Below, in pieces: positions 1-8,232 of a stretch of DNA of 64,000 bases. The position numbers and the translations under genes were made by a program. Below the pieces are notes generated by a model that was not told the origin of the DNA, searched no databases, and saw only the letters and a program-made list of their open reading frames with translations. Source of the DNA: a virus. Taxonomy: Duplodnaviria; Caudoviricetes. Location of the stretch: positions 64,361-128,360 of IMG/VR virus record IMGVR_UViG_3300030376_007544; one strand, written 5' to 3'. Positions within the stretch are counted from its first letter, which is position 1, and the number at the start of each line of letters is the position of its first letter.

Positions 1-735
1 ATGATAGATCGGAAAGATATCCAAAAGCGAGCAAAAGAAGCATTAAACAGCAGAATTGCTCGCAAAGGTGGACTCGGAAACTGGATACCAGTCAAAGTGG
101 ACACTGGATTACCTTTAACCTTAAACGTACAAGGAGCAATCGGTAAAAAGCGAGTTGCATCAAACGTAGGTAGAAACCCACGAAGGATACAAAGACTGCT
201 GACTGATCCTGAAAGACGAATCTTTGATAAGAAGGTAAAGGCTCAAGGAGGCGTAGTGCTGATTGACGTATCAGGCTCCATGTCTTTATCAAAAGATCAG
301 GTAAAAGATATGATGATGGCAGCCCCCGGTTGTACCGTCATCGCTTACTCTTGTGGCTGGGATACAGATGACTTTAACACTTTTATCCTCGCTGACAAAG
401 GTAAAGTGTTTGGTGGTTCGCTACCACGATTCTTCAATGGCAACGGAAACGACTTGCCAGCGATAGAGTACGCTGTTAGCAAACGCCAAACTATAGGAGC
501 GCCAGTTGTATGGATAACTGACGGAATGGTTTACCGACCTTCCGGTGCAAGTTCCTACGACGAGCGTGAGTGTGCATTGTACGCAAAGAAGTTCAATGTA
601 CACATGGAGTATGAACCTGAAGGAGCCATTGAATATCTCAAAGGCTTGCAGAGGGGACAAAAGCCTAGCCCTAGAATCTTGGAACGCTGGGAAGAAAAAC
701 TATCCGGCGTAGTTAAACCAAGTCAAAGGAGTTAA
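1..735 (+). CDS. von Willebrand factor A (vWA) domain protein, CobT/VWA-peptidase-like; may extend upstream of the window
   Basis: MIDAS motif VVLIDVSGSMS plus downstream VVWITDG. Confidence 0.75.
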   Translation: MIDRKDIQKRAKEALNSRIARKGGLGNWIPVKVDTGLPLTLNVQGAIGKKRVASNVGRNPRRIQRLLTDPERRIFDKKVKAQGGVVLIDVSGSMSLSKDQVKDMMMAAPGCTVIAYSCGWDTDDFNTFILADKGKVFGGSLPRFFNGNGNDLPAIEYAVSKRQTIGAPVVWITDGMVYRPSGASSYDERECALYAKKFNVHMEYEPEGAIEYLKGLQRGQKPSPRILERWEEKLSGVVKPSQRS

Positions 736-737
736 GC

Positions 738-776
738 AAAAGGGCTGGAGGTGTATCTCTACTACCCTCCAGCCCT
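738..776. terminator. Stem-loop (AGGGCTGGAGG/CCTCCAGCCCT) just after the vWA gene
   Basis: Perfect 11-bp inverted repeat with an A-run on the left side; acting strand uncertain. Confidence 0.55.
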
Positions 777-852
777 AACTCTGAATGGCTAACCCATTAA
801 CCGTTCAAATCATTACACTAACAAAAAATTAACTAAACCATAGGAGGTTTAA

Positions 853-1059
853 ATGGAATACACAATAGAAATAGAAATTAAAAGAGTAGTATCGCTCAAT
901 CTAGACGAGGAAGATATCACTTGCCCACAAGAAGCTTTGGATAGAGGCGAAGGTATGGTAGATGATATTGACAGTGACTTGTTCTGGGAAGAGACTACTA
1001 TCAAGGTATTAGACAAAGACGGCCAGCAGGTCGGTATAAATCAGGTGGTGACACAATAA
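853..1059 (+). CDS. Small acidic hypothetical protein
   Basis: AGGAGG RBS before the ATG; TAATG coupling to the next gene. Confidence 0.8.
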   Translation: MEYTIEIEIKRVVSLNLDEEDITCPQEALDRGEGMVDDIDSDLFWEETTIKVLDKDGQQVGINQVVTQ

Positions 1060-1199
1060 TGGCAACATACAACGTAAGTTTTATCCACGAACACGGTATA
1101 CAAGTGTTCAGAGTTGAAGCAGATGATCCAGAAATGGCGGAAGCCACAGTAGATATGACACTGGGTACCCTTATTGATATCGAAACGGAGGAGATATAA
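1059..1199 (+). CDS. 46-aa hypothetical protein (MATYNVSFIHEHG...), not in the ORF track
   Basis: TAATG overlaps at both ends; fills the gap exactly. Confidence 0.75.
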   Translation: MATYNVSFIHEHGIQVFRVEADDPEMAEATVDMTLGTLIDIETEEI

Positions 1200-1396
1200 T
1201 GCATATGAAATACAACATAGTAGATAATACTGTCAAGTTATTCCTTACACAGGAAGATGCTAGGCTGATACATACTGCTTTGAATATCGTGGAGGTTCAA
1301 GCGTTAGACAATGATGATGAGATGCATCATTTGACTGCGGAACTAGAACGAGTTAATCTAAAGATAGTAAATGCAATTCACACAAGCGAGGCCTAA
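1199..1396 (+). CDS. Hypothetical protein
   Basis: GGAGGAG RBS; TAATG coupling on both sides. Confidence 0.75.
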   Translation: MHMKYNIVDNTVKLFLTQEDARLIHTALNIVEVQALDNDDEMHHLTAELERVNLKIVNAIHTSEA

Positions 1397-1731
1397 TGGA
1401 TAATGAAACACTCTTTGATATAGAGAGTCCGCTAGAGGAACTGTTTGAATACTGGAAAGATACCTTTAACAAAAGATCATCTACAGTTTTTGACGAGGCT
1501 CGGCGCAAAAAGCTCGGTGTTGCATTACGACACTACTCTATGGAGGAGTGCAAGCAGGCTATCAAAGGGTGTTCGCTATCTGCATGGCACAACGGACAGA
1601 ACCCAACCAATAAGAAGTACCACGATCTAAGTCTCATCTTCCGCAACGCAGAGAAGGTAGAATATTTCTTAGACATCTACGCTACTCACACGAAGGGTGA
1701 GGAGGAGATGGAAGAGTGGTTAAATAGTTAG
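1396..1731 (+). CDS. Stand-alone domain resembling the C-terminus of phage replication initiators/replisome organisers
   Basis: ELFEYW...RRKKL...YSMEECKQAIKGC..S.WHNGQN...KY.DL.LIFR pattern, recognised by eye. Confidence 0.55.
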   Translation: MDNETLFDIESPLEELFEYWKDTFNKRSSTVFDEARRKKLGVALRHYSMEECKQAIKGCSLSAWHNGQNPTNKKYHDLSLIFRNAEKVEYFLDIYATHTKGEEEMEEWLNS

Positions 1732-1748
1732 ATCCTTGTGTGGGTTCT

Positions 1749-2090
1749 TCAGTGAACACAGATGTCACAAGCATGACAAAACTCGTAGTCTCCAAGTACT
1801 TTAACTTGATCAGGATCGTAGTCGCACGGAAAAGGTTCGCCACAAGGACCTATGAGCTTGCTGGTCCCTTCGACATAACTTCTTAACACATCACTCACCG
1901 TAGGTATCGAAGCAACGGGGGGCTTTCTAATGATGCCAATGGTGTCCCTAGCGCTCTCCTCTAACTTGTGAGCACAGTACTGGGAAGTACTCATCTCTTC
2001 TTTTTGAGCAGCATCAACTAAAAGCTCTTTTAACCAAAAAGGAACCGAAATGTGCAACTTTGTCAGTTTATTCTTCTGATCCAAAATCAT
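1749..2090 (-). CDS. Ribbon-helix-helix-like protein with C-terminal Cys cluster
   Basis: KLHISVPFWLKELL...EEMSTSQY RHH-like pattern; C..C...CHAC..C tail. Confidence 0.55.
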   Translation of the reverse strand: MILDQKNKLTKLHISVPFWLKELLVDAAQKEEMSTSQYCAHKLEESARDTIGIIRKPPVASIPTVSDVLRSYVEGTSKLIGPCGEPFPCDYDPDQVKVLGDYEFCHACDICVH

Positions 2091-2289
2091 CCAAACTTTC
2101 CAACCCTGCCTCTTTTAAGGCCATGGTCAAAAGAAGTTCGGTTATCGTAATATCGTAGCCCTCAGAAATCTCAAGTAAAAGATTCTTTAATTTAGGATCA
2201 ACCTTAAACGACATTCCAATTTTATGCTCAGAAAGGTCTGCCTTTTTAGGCGGTCTTCCCGTTCTCATAACGTGAAAAGAATCTCTCAT
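2068..2289 (-). CDS. AT-hook (GRPPK) plus RHH-like DNA-binding protein
   Basis: TGRPPKK followed by MSFKVDPKLKNLL...ITITELL; GAGGT RBS. Confidence 0.6.
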   Translation of the reverse strand: MRDSFHVMRTGRPPKKADLSEHKIGMSFKVDPKLKNLLLEISEGYDITITELLLTMALKEAGLESLDDFGSEE

Positions 2290-2307
2290 TGTTACACCTC
2301 TTTATAT

Positions 2308-2352
2308 ATAGTAGCCCGCATACAGCTCGTTTGCAAGCAGCTCGTTTGTAAG
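2308..2352 (-). promoter_or_regulatory. Sigma70-type promoter TTGCAA-17-TACTAT overlapped by a 15-bp tandem repeat (CAGCTCGTTTGYAAG x2), candidate operator
   Basis: Hexamers at 2331-2336 and 2308-2313; repeat at 2323-2352. Confidence 0.55.
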
Positions 2353-2550
2353 CGGGACTAACCTACCTTTATATTCTATCGGGGCTTCCTAACCTTCTAT
2401 TCCACCTCAATGGTGTTCCTACGGCAGGCCACAATGTTTCAGCCATGTTAAAACTACCAAACGTGTCAAAGGACACAGGCTATTTACTAGACAAGAATCT
2501 CTAGATGTTATACATTAGATACTGGAGTTAAACGGAAGAGGTGAAACTAA

Positions 2551-2697
2551 ATGAAAAACTTACGAAAAGCAATCGACAAACAACGGGAAAACTCAAGAAA
2601 GCGTCGATTCAATCGACAATTCGATGACATCAACGTCCCCGAACGTAGAATGTGGACCGATTCTCTCGAAAGAGAACTACTTCGATCCCGCTTCTAA
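2551..2697 (+). CDS. 48-aa basic hypothetical protein (MKNLRKAIDKQRENSRKRRF...), not in the ORF track
   Basis: GAGGTG RBS; upstream TAGACA-17-TACATT promoter at 2488-2516. Confidence 0.6.
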   Translation: MKNLRKAIDKQRENSRKRRFNRQFDDINVPERRMWTDSLERELLRSRF

Positions 2698-2711
2698 AAG
2701 TAAAAGTCGAT

Positions 2712-3070
2712 AAAACTTTCAAAAACGTCAGATTTTTGCCGCATTTACGGGAAGCCGCGGGCCACTCAGCACGGGGCCCATCCCAAATGTTTGCAAAAGC
2801 TGGCGTTTTTTGCATTTTCTAAGAATGCTGATCCACTTCCTCAGCGGCAATAGCAGCGCAAAACTTTAAAAAACCACAACTTTTCACCATTTTACGGGGC
2901 CAACCAGGAGACGGGAGCTCCGGCCCCCAGGAAAGCTCTCGAAAACTGCACCTTTCTGCAACTTTCTTCAGATTCTTCGAAGAGTAGAAAGTTACCTAAG
3001 GTTTTTGACAGGCCAGCTGCAGCTGAGCTGAAAACTTTCAAAAACTACAACTTTTGGCCGTTTACAAGAA
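2712..3070. repeat. Three degenerate ~40-bp repeats (AAAACTTTMAAAAAC..CA..TTTT...C..TTTAC) in a non-coding A-tract region
   Basis: Copies start at 2712, 2860 and 3031. Confidence 0.6.
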
Positions 3071-3406
3071 GACCGATCCAGGGTTTCAAGAAAATCCCGC
3101 GAAAAGGTTGCAAATGTCTCACCCCCGTGATAGAGTGGAACTACGTTAAAAATCACGAAGAAAAACGGGAACGGGTGAAATCCAAAATCCGAAAAAATAA
3201 ACTTGGCCCTCCCCTGGGCGAAATTAAGTAGAAAACTTACCCAGTCTAGAAAGACAATCCATCCCCGCCTCAGAACCCACACCGATAAATTCCGAAGCTC
3301 ACACCAGCCCGCCAACCACTAACGGGACTAATCCACCAAGTTTCCTAAGTTCAAAACTAGCTCAATGGCATCCCTATGGTATCCCTACCGCAGGGCAACC
3401 GCACCG

Positions 3407-3733
3407 CTAGCGCATTCGAGTACCGCACTTCAGACAAAACTCTGACCAAGGATAAACTTGACGATCATCCAACGGATGTGTACAAGAAAAGATTTCACGC
3501 CATCTTGTATCAGCCATCTGACGAAGCCACTCAGAAACAGAACAACTATCTGCTTCAGCAGCTGCCGCCCACTGGTCACGCTGAGTTTCAGAAACCCTAA
3601 TTAAAACTTGTTTATCACGGGATTCTTCAATTAACTCCTCAGGTTCGCTAAGCTCTTCAAGCAAAGCTGCCTCAATATTAGATTTCTTCACTTCATCTGA
3701 GCGAAGAACTTCCTTCATATACTCAGTAGTCAT
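3407..3733 (-). CDS. RHH-like protein with C-terminal C/H zinc-ribbon-like motif
   Basis: QVLIRVSETQRDQWAAAA...SVSEWLR; CTHP...CLKCG. Confidence 0.6.
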   Translation of the reverse strand: MTTEYMKEVLRSDEVKKSNIEAALLEELSEPEELIEESRDKQVLIRVSETQRDQWAAAAEADSCSVSEWLRQMADTRWREIFSCTHPLDDRQVYPWSEFCLKCGTRMR

Positions 3734-3735
3734 AA

Positions 3736-4425
3736 CTACCCTTCCTCTTCATCAATGGTTACATCGATAGTAACATCAACGATCTCAACATCTTTGACGG
3801 GACTATCTGTCCCATCGTCTTCCTCTATAACACCCAATGGCGTCCCTACGGCTTCCTCCGAAACTTCATCTAAGATATTCGAAACAACTTCTTGATCCAA
3901 GACACCAGAAGAGGCCATTAACTCTAATAAAGCCAAAGACTCATCCTTAGCTGCATCCTTATTGCCAACTTCTTTCACTTGACCAACCAACGAAGATTGT
4001 ACCTCAATAACCTCCTGAGAATCAAGCCCAGAGATAGCAACCTCAGTACGCTCCACGTTCATGCCCAGTAACTTCGACCTGCGATCCATGATACCTAATA
4101 CAGTACGCACTGCATTCTGATCAGGTTCCACCATTATCTCAGTACCGTCGTCCAACGTCTCCCGTCGAAACTGGGTCAAAGGCCATAAAGACTTCTGCAT
4201 TTCATCAAGACGTTCTAATTCTAACCTAAGAACTTCTGGGTAAGAAAGGAACGCCTCAGAGTTAAGCCTACCTAACACTCTACGAGAAGCAGCTGCTACT
4301 GCTGCAGCCGACATGTTAAACCGTTTACCGATATCAACATTCGACAAGCCAGACTTCTTTAGCGAGAAAATCCGCAAATCCCTCTCAGCGAGGAACTCTC
4401 TTGAAAGCTTGTTAGACTCAACCAT
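3736..4425 (-). CDS. HTH protein, probable terminase small subunit
   Basis: N-terminal HTH (GLSNVDIGKRFNMS) plus LELERLD...LWP...AVRTVLGIMDRRSKLLG pattern; acidic tail; leaderless start. Confidence 0.55.
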   Translation of the reverse strand: MVESNKLSREFLAERDLRIFSLKKSGLSNVDIGKRFNMSAAAVAAASRRVLGRLNSEAFLSYPEVLRLELERLDEMQKSLWPLTQFRRETLDDGTEIMVEPDQNAVRTVLGIMDRRSKLLGMNVERTEVAISGLDSQEVIEVQSSLVGQVKEVGNKDAAKDESLALLELMASSGVLDQEVVSNILDEVSEEAVGTPLGVIEEDDGTDSPVKDVEIVDVTIDVTIDEEEG

Positions 4426-4461
4426 AATACTTATTGTATAGTGCCGTGCTATACATCGTCA

Positions 4462-4848
4462 TCAACTCCGATTTAAATACGACCAAATCTGCGCTAATGT
4501 GAAACGCTCTGCCTTAACACCACGACGTTGAGCTTCAGCAGCCAACTGACGGGGAGTCAAACCAGCCCAAACTCCGTGAAGGTCTGATGGGGGAAAACTG
4601 AGGGCATAATCGAGACATTCTTTACGTACATCACACTGTCTACACATACGTCTAGCCTCTGATATATAGGACAGGTCTTTGTGTTCTTTGGGGAACATCT
4701 TGTCCGATTTACCTTTGCAAAGTGCTTCTTGTGACCAGTGTTGAGTGGGTTCTGGTGGGTTATTGTGGGGTGAAGTGGGATCGTTTTCGGAGGGGTGTGG
4801 TTGTATAGTAGTCTTTGTGGTTTTGGTTATTTTGTGTAGTTTATTCAT
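4462..4848 (-). CDS. whiB: WhiB-family [4Fe-4S] transcription factor
   Basis: W...ALC, CRQC, C spacing and GVWAG turn (variant of G[IV]WGG). Confidence 0.92.
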   Translation of the reverse strand: MNKLHKITKTTKTTIQPHPSENDPTSPHNNPPEPTQHWSQEALCKGKSDKMFPKEHKDLSYISEARRMCRQCDVRKECLDYALSFPPSDLHGVWAGLTPRQLAAEAQRRGVKAERFTLAQIWSYLNRS

Positions 4849-4909
4849 GAGTCTTATCCGTTTCAGGGTTATGTTGTGGATAGTAGACTCTTTATGTTGT
4901 TATATTTCT

Positions 4910-4938
4910 ATGTTACATTAGTGTGACAAAGAAGTCAA
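4910..4938 (-). promoter_or_regulatory. Promoter for whiB, TTGACT-17-TAACAT
   Basis: Near-consensus hexamers with a 17-bp spacer. Confidence 0.7.
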
Positions 4939-5211
4939 GGAGTGTGATTTAAAGATTGTGAAGGATGTAATCTAGTAACGCTATCAGCAATAATATGGTA
5001 AACCAGATGATTAGGTTGGTTATCATTTTCGTATAATCAGGTCTGTTATAAGCATAAAGCATACTAAAGAAAGGGTTAAAGCTATCGGTGTTATCATTAT
5101 AGGTGTATCCTTATATAGGTGTATTAGTGTATCTGTGTCTATGGGATTTAGTACATATTGGTGATCGTGGGGGTGTTTTGCGCCGCTTTTAATCAGAGGT
5201 GGTTACTATTT

Positions 5212-5535
5212 TTAGCAGAAACTTTGACCACATCCACAGGTTTTCTTGGCCCTATTATTGGATATTTTGAACCCTGATTCACCTAATCCGTCATGGTAAT
5301 CTAGGCTTGCTCCTTCTAATAGGTCTGCACTTACTGGGTCTGTTACTACCTTTACTTCTCCGAATAGTTGTTCTATATCTTCTTCTGTGATGTCTGATTC
5401 AAAGTGCATTTCGTAATTCATGCCTGCACACCCGCCGGGTCGAACTCCTACCCTTAAGGCTTTAAGGGTTTTATCTTCTTCAGCAGCTAGTAATTCAGCT
5501 ACTTTAGTTGATGCTTTTTCTGTTAAAGTTATCAT
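5212..5535 (-). CDS. iscA: A-type Fe-S cluster carrier (IscA/ErpA/HesB family)
   Basis: ITLTEKA...LRVGVRPGGCAG...CGCGQSF signature. Confidence 0.95.
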   Translation of the reverse strand: MITLTEKASTKVAELLAAEEDKTLKALRVGVRPGGCAGMNYEMHFESDITEEDIEQLFGEVKVVTDPVSADLLEGASLDYHDGLGESGFKISNNRAKKTCGCGQSFC

Positions 5536-5665
5536 GTTTTGCTCCTTTTTCGCCAGAGGGCCGGTTTCGTCAAACGGAAAGTTTGCCGTTTCTTACGTTT
5601 TTCAGCCTTTTTCTCCCAGCGTGATTCGAGTTCATTACGGTAGATTATCTTCCAAAATAGATCAG

Positions 5666-5875
5666 TCATCGTATTCTTTTCCTGTTTAGGAATCGTGGAA
5701 GTGTGTCGTGAGTGGTGGAAGTACCTACAAATTTACTCTTTATCCTTCTATCCCACTCTACGCCTACTGCTATTGGTACGAGTATCCCAAAAGCCCACCA
5801 CTGCTTATACATAACTGCATGCACGGTGGATACTATAAATACTACTACAAATAGAACTTTACCTAGTATTTTCAT
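5666..5875 (-). CDS. Small two-TM membrane protein
   Basis: Two hydrophobic segments; TAATG coupling. Confidence 0.65.
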   Translation of the reverse strand: MKILGKVLFVVVFIVSTVHAVMYKQWWAFGILVPIAVGVEWDRRIKSKFVGTSTTHDTLPRFLNRKRIR

Positions 5876-5982
5876 TAATATTTACTTGTCCCGAATGCAC
5901 GAGATGCAATAATATATCCAGCAATAACCACCGCAGTTGTGGTAGCTAATGCCCATAGTGTGCGTTTAACCGGCTTTGTCAT
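5875..5982 (-). CDS. 35-aa single-TM peptide (MTKPVKRTLWALATTTAVVIAGYIIASRAFGTSKY), not in the ORF track
   Basis: GAGGGG RBS; TAATG overlap with the downstream gene. Confidence 0.6.
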   Translation of the reverse strand: MTKPVKRTLWALATTTAVVIAGYIIASRAFGTSKY

Positions 5983-6292
5983 TAGAATTCCCCTCTAAAT
6001 GTAAGCCCCAAATGATGTTTACTCCATGTCTGTCATGTCTCATTGGGGGTAATTTTTCTGATTTCTCTGTATCAACAGGAGGGGAAACGGCAATCATTGC
6101 ATACGTTCCTTCATATGCTGCTATTCTAAAATCTTCCAATTGAGAAAGTTGCCCTAAATCATAGGATTCTTTAACGTAACGCTTATCCGTGTCACTGGTT
6201 ATTTTTACATAATTATGCAGGATATTCACTTTCCAGTGCTGTTCTCCTGCATAAAAGTCATAATCAAAATCTTTTATTTCCGTTTTATGCAT
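5966..6292 (-). CDS. Hypothetical protein
   Basis: TAATG coupling within the operon. Confidence 0.7.
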   Translation of the reverse strand: MHKTEIKDFDYDFYAGEQHWKVNILHNYVKITSDTDKRYVKESYDLGQLSQLEDFRIAAYEGTYAMIAVSPPVDTEKSEKLPPMRHDRHGVNIIWGLHLEGNSNDKAG

Positions 6293-6618
6293 TATTTATC
6301 CACTTCTTCGTTTGGTATATACGCTTTTTCGTATGATTCTGACGTAAGTGTCTTATTTAGAGTTTTGTTTATTTCATACCCTCTGTAGTGTATATACTCA
6401 GCAATAGCGTCATCTGGCCTCTTGTTCCACTCAATTGAATGGACTAAAGCGTCAGCATGTGTTATTAAAGTAAGTATTGTATCCCTCGCCATTAATAAAT
6501 CTTTGGAGAGAGTGGAATAGTTTAAATCACGGAAGAATTCCTCTGCATGCTCTAGGTTGTCAACAACCCTTGCAGGTGTTTCTAGTCCCTTAGAAATACG
6601 CAGAGTAAATTCCTCCAT
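6292..6618 (-). CDS. Hypothetical protein
   Basis: Tightly packed in the operon. Confidence 0.7.
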   Translation of the reverse strand: MEEFTLRISKGLETPARVVDNLEHAEEFFRDLNYSTLSKDLLMARDTILTLITHADALVHSIEWNKRPDDAIAEYIHYRGYEINKTLNKTLTSESYEKAYIPNEEVDK

Positions 6619-6622
6619 GACT

Positions 6623-6772
6623 CTACTCTTGAAGCTGTGAAGCTAAACTATGTAGATCTAAAAGGTCATTCTGTAGTTCATCAGCAGAAAACAGCGATCT
6701 TTTAGGATCAGCCGTTAATTTTAACATATCCTCAAGTTGGGATATCATCTGCTCTACAACTTCTTTGTCCAT
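6623..6772 (-). CDS. 49-aa helical hypothetical protein (MDKEVVEQMISQLED...), not in the ORF track
   Basis: AGGAGAG RBS; fills the gap between hsp20 and the next gene. Confidence 0.7.
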   Translation of the reverse strand: MDKEVVEQMISQLEDMLKLTADPKRSLFSADELQNDLLDLHSLASQLQE

Positions 6773-6781
6773 ATATCTCTC

Positions 6782-7201
6782 CTACGATATCTCTATTGTA
6801 CGAAGTTTCTCGTACTCTGGAATGATTCTTTCCAAATTTATACTCAATAAACCGTCAGAAAGATCTGCGGACTTTACTTCTACGTTGTCTGCAAGCCTAA
6901 ACTGCTTTCTGAAATGCCTGTGAGATATCCCACGATGCAAAACAGTTCGGTTATCTTCTGCTTGTTTCGTAGAAATAATCAGGATACCGTTTTCTACTGT
7001 CATGTTTAAGTCTTCTTTGTTGAATCCAGCGACAGCAAGCTCGATAACAAAGTTTTCCTCGTCCACTTGGACAAGGTTATACGGTGGGTAAGCATGATAT
7101 GACTCATTGTACTCCAACAGTGACTCAAAATGGTCAAAGAGGGAGTCAAACCCAATACTAAAAGGCCGTAGCCTGTTTAAGACACTAATATCTGTGCCCA
7201 T
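6782..7201 (-). CDS. hsp20: Small heat shock protein, IbpA-type Hsp20
   Basis: IGFD..F, YPPYNL, IELAVAGF, LHRGIS.R.F...F.LA, A.L.DGLL.I.L motifs. Confidence 0.95.
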   Translation of the reverse strand: MGTDISVLNRLRPFSIGFDSLFDHFESLLEYNESYHAYPPYNLVQVDEENFVIELAVAGFNKEDLNMTVENGILIISTKQAEDNRTVLHRGISHRHFRKQFRLADNVEVKSADLSDGLLSINLERIIPEYEKLRTIEIS

Positions 7202-7267
7202 AATAACCTCCTAAATAGCAAAGTTAAATTAATTTTTTACAAAGACCCAATTGGCATCTTCTGTAAA
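7199..7267 (-). promoter_or_regulatory. ROSE-like RNA thermometer in the hsp20 5' UTR
   Basis: AACUUUGCU-AUUU-AGGAGGUU hairpin pairs UUGCU with the SD leaving a bulged G; a second hairpin lies upstream. Confidence 0.7.
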
Positions 7268-7268
7268 T

Positions 7269-7296
7269 ATTATAGCGCTTTATAGATACAAGTCAA
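7269..7296 (-). promoter_or_regulatory. Promoter for hsp20, TTGACT-16-TATAAT
   Basis: Consensus hexamers. Confidence 0.7.
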
Positions 7297-7299
7297 ATA

Positions 7300-8232
7300 T
7301 TAAAAGTCAGGGTTTTCTTCACTAAATACCCATGCGATACCAGAAGAGGGGTGCCGAAGCCTAGCAATTGCTTTTGCTTCTAACTGGCGTATACGCTCAC
7401 GAGTTAAACCCATTACTTCACCTATCTCCTGTAGAGTCATAGGGTTGCCTATATTGCTTAATCCGTGGTGCATTGTGAGTACTTGGAACTCACGCTCTGG
7501 TAGAATGGATAGTGCTTTTAGAATATCTTGGGCAAAACTTTGTCTAATACCAAGCTCATCAACCTCAATCTGGTTTGGATCTGCTAACGTATCCGCATGA
7601 GAAACATAACTATCATCAGAAAGGGGTATGTCTAACGACTCTAAACGAGTGTTTTCCATATGTGACCAGATATCATCAAACTTATCGGTATCCCAATCTA
7701 AATACTCTGCTAATTCGTGTCGAGAATACTCCCCTGCGCCGTATGTAGACTCAAACTCCTCAAGGGTTGCCGCCAACTTGCGCACATCTGCTTCTACATG
7801 CATAGGAAGGCGTATGGCACGACCAGCATTAGCGATTGCTCTTTGGCAGGCTTGGCGACACCACCACGTGGCGTATGTTGAGAACTTGAAACCTTTATCG
7901 GGATCAAACTTATCTACAGCACGCATCAAGCCAATTGTTGCTTCTTGAATTAGATCTTCGTACTCCATACGAGACTGCGAACGAGCGTACTTTGCTGCCG
8001 TGTCCATTGCTAGTCGTAAATTATGCTCAACAAAGTTATCTTTGGCACGTTGTCCTTCACGAACTGCCGCATTTAATGCTCTTCTTTCGGGAAACTCTAA
8101 AGTTATTCCCTCAATAAAACAAGTATTTAACTTTTTTGAGGCCTTTTGCCCTTCTATTACAGCCCTGCCCAGAACAATTTCTTCTTCTCTGGTAAGTATT
8201 CTATGTTTAGAACTATTAACGTAACCAGCCAT
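7300..8232 (-). CDS. Phage sigma70-family factor, RpoD/SigA-like (regions 1.2-4)
   Basis: ILTREEE, NLRL, DLIQEA.IGLMRAVDKFDPDKGFKFSTYATWW, TLQEIG...LTRERIRQLE.KA..RLRHPS. Confidence 0.95.
   Translation of the reverse strand: MAGYVNSSKHRILTREEEIVLGRAVIEGQKASKKLNTCFIEGITLEFPERRALNAAVREGQRAKDNFVEHNLRLAMDTAAKYARSQSRMEYEDLIQEATIGLMRAVDKFDPDKGFKFSTYATWWCRQACQRAIANAGRAIRLPMHVEADVRKLAATLEEFESTYGAGEYSRHELAEYLDWDTDKFDDIWSHMENTRLESLDIPLSDDSYVSHADTLADPNQIEVDELGIRQSFAQDILKALSILPEREFQVLTMHHGLSNIGNPMTLQEIGEVMGLTRERIRQLEAKAIARLRHPSSGIAWVFSEENPDF

Noticed and set aside
2712-3070. Possible CRISPR array
   Set aside because: The units are degenerate, spacing is 148-171 bp and no cas genes are present.
4780-4810. 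QPHPS in the WhiB N-terminal extension as an auto-inhibitory sigma mimic
   Set aside because: It lacks the LR context and lies in a low-complexity A/C-skewed stretch rich in Pro, His and Thr, so chance is likely.
4940-5210. tRNA or other RNA gene in the AT-rich whiB-iscA gap
   Set aside because: No cloverleaf or T-loop motif; only short repeats (TATAGGTGTAT x2) of unclear meaning.
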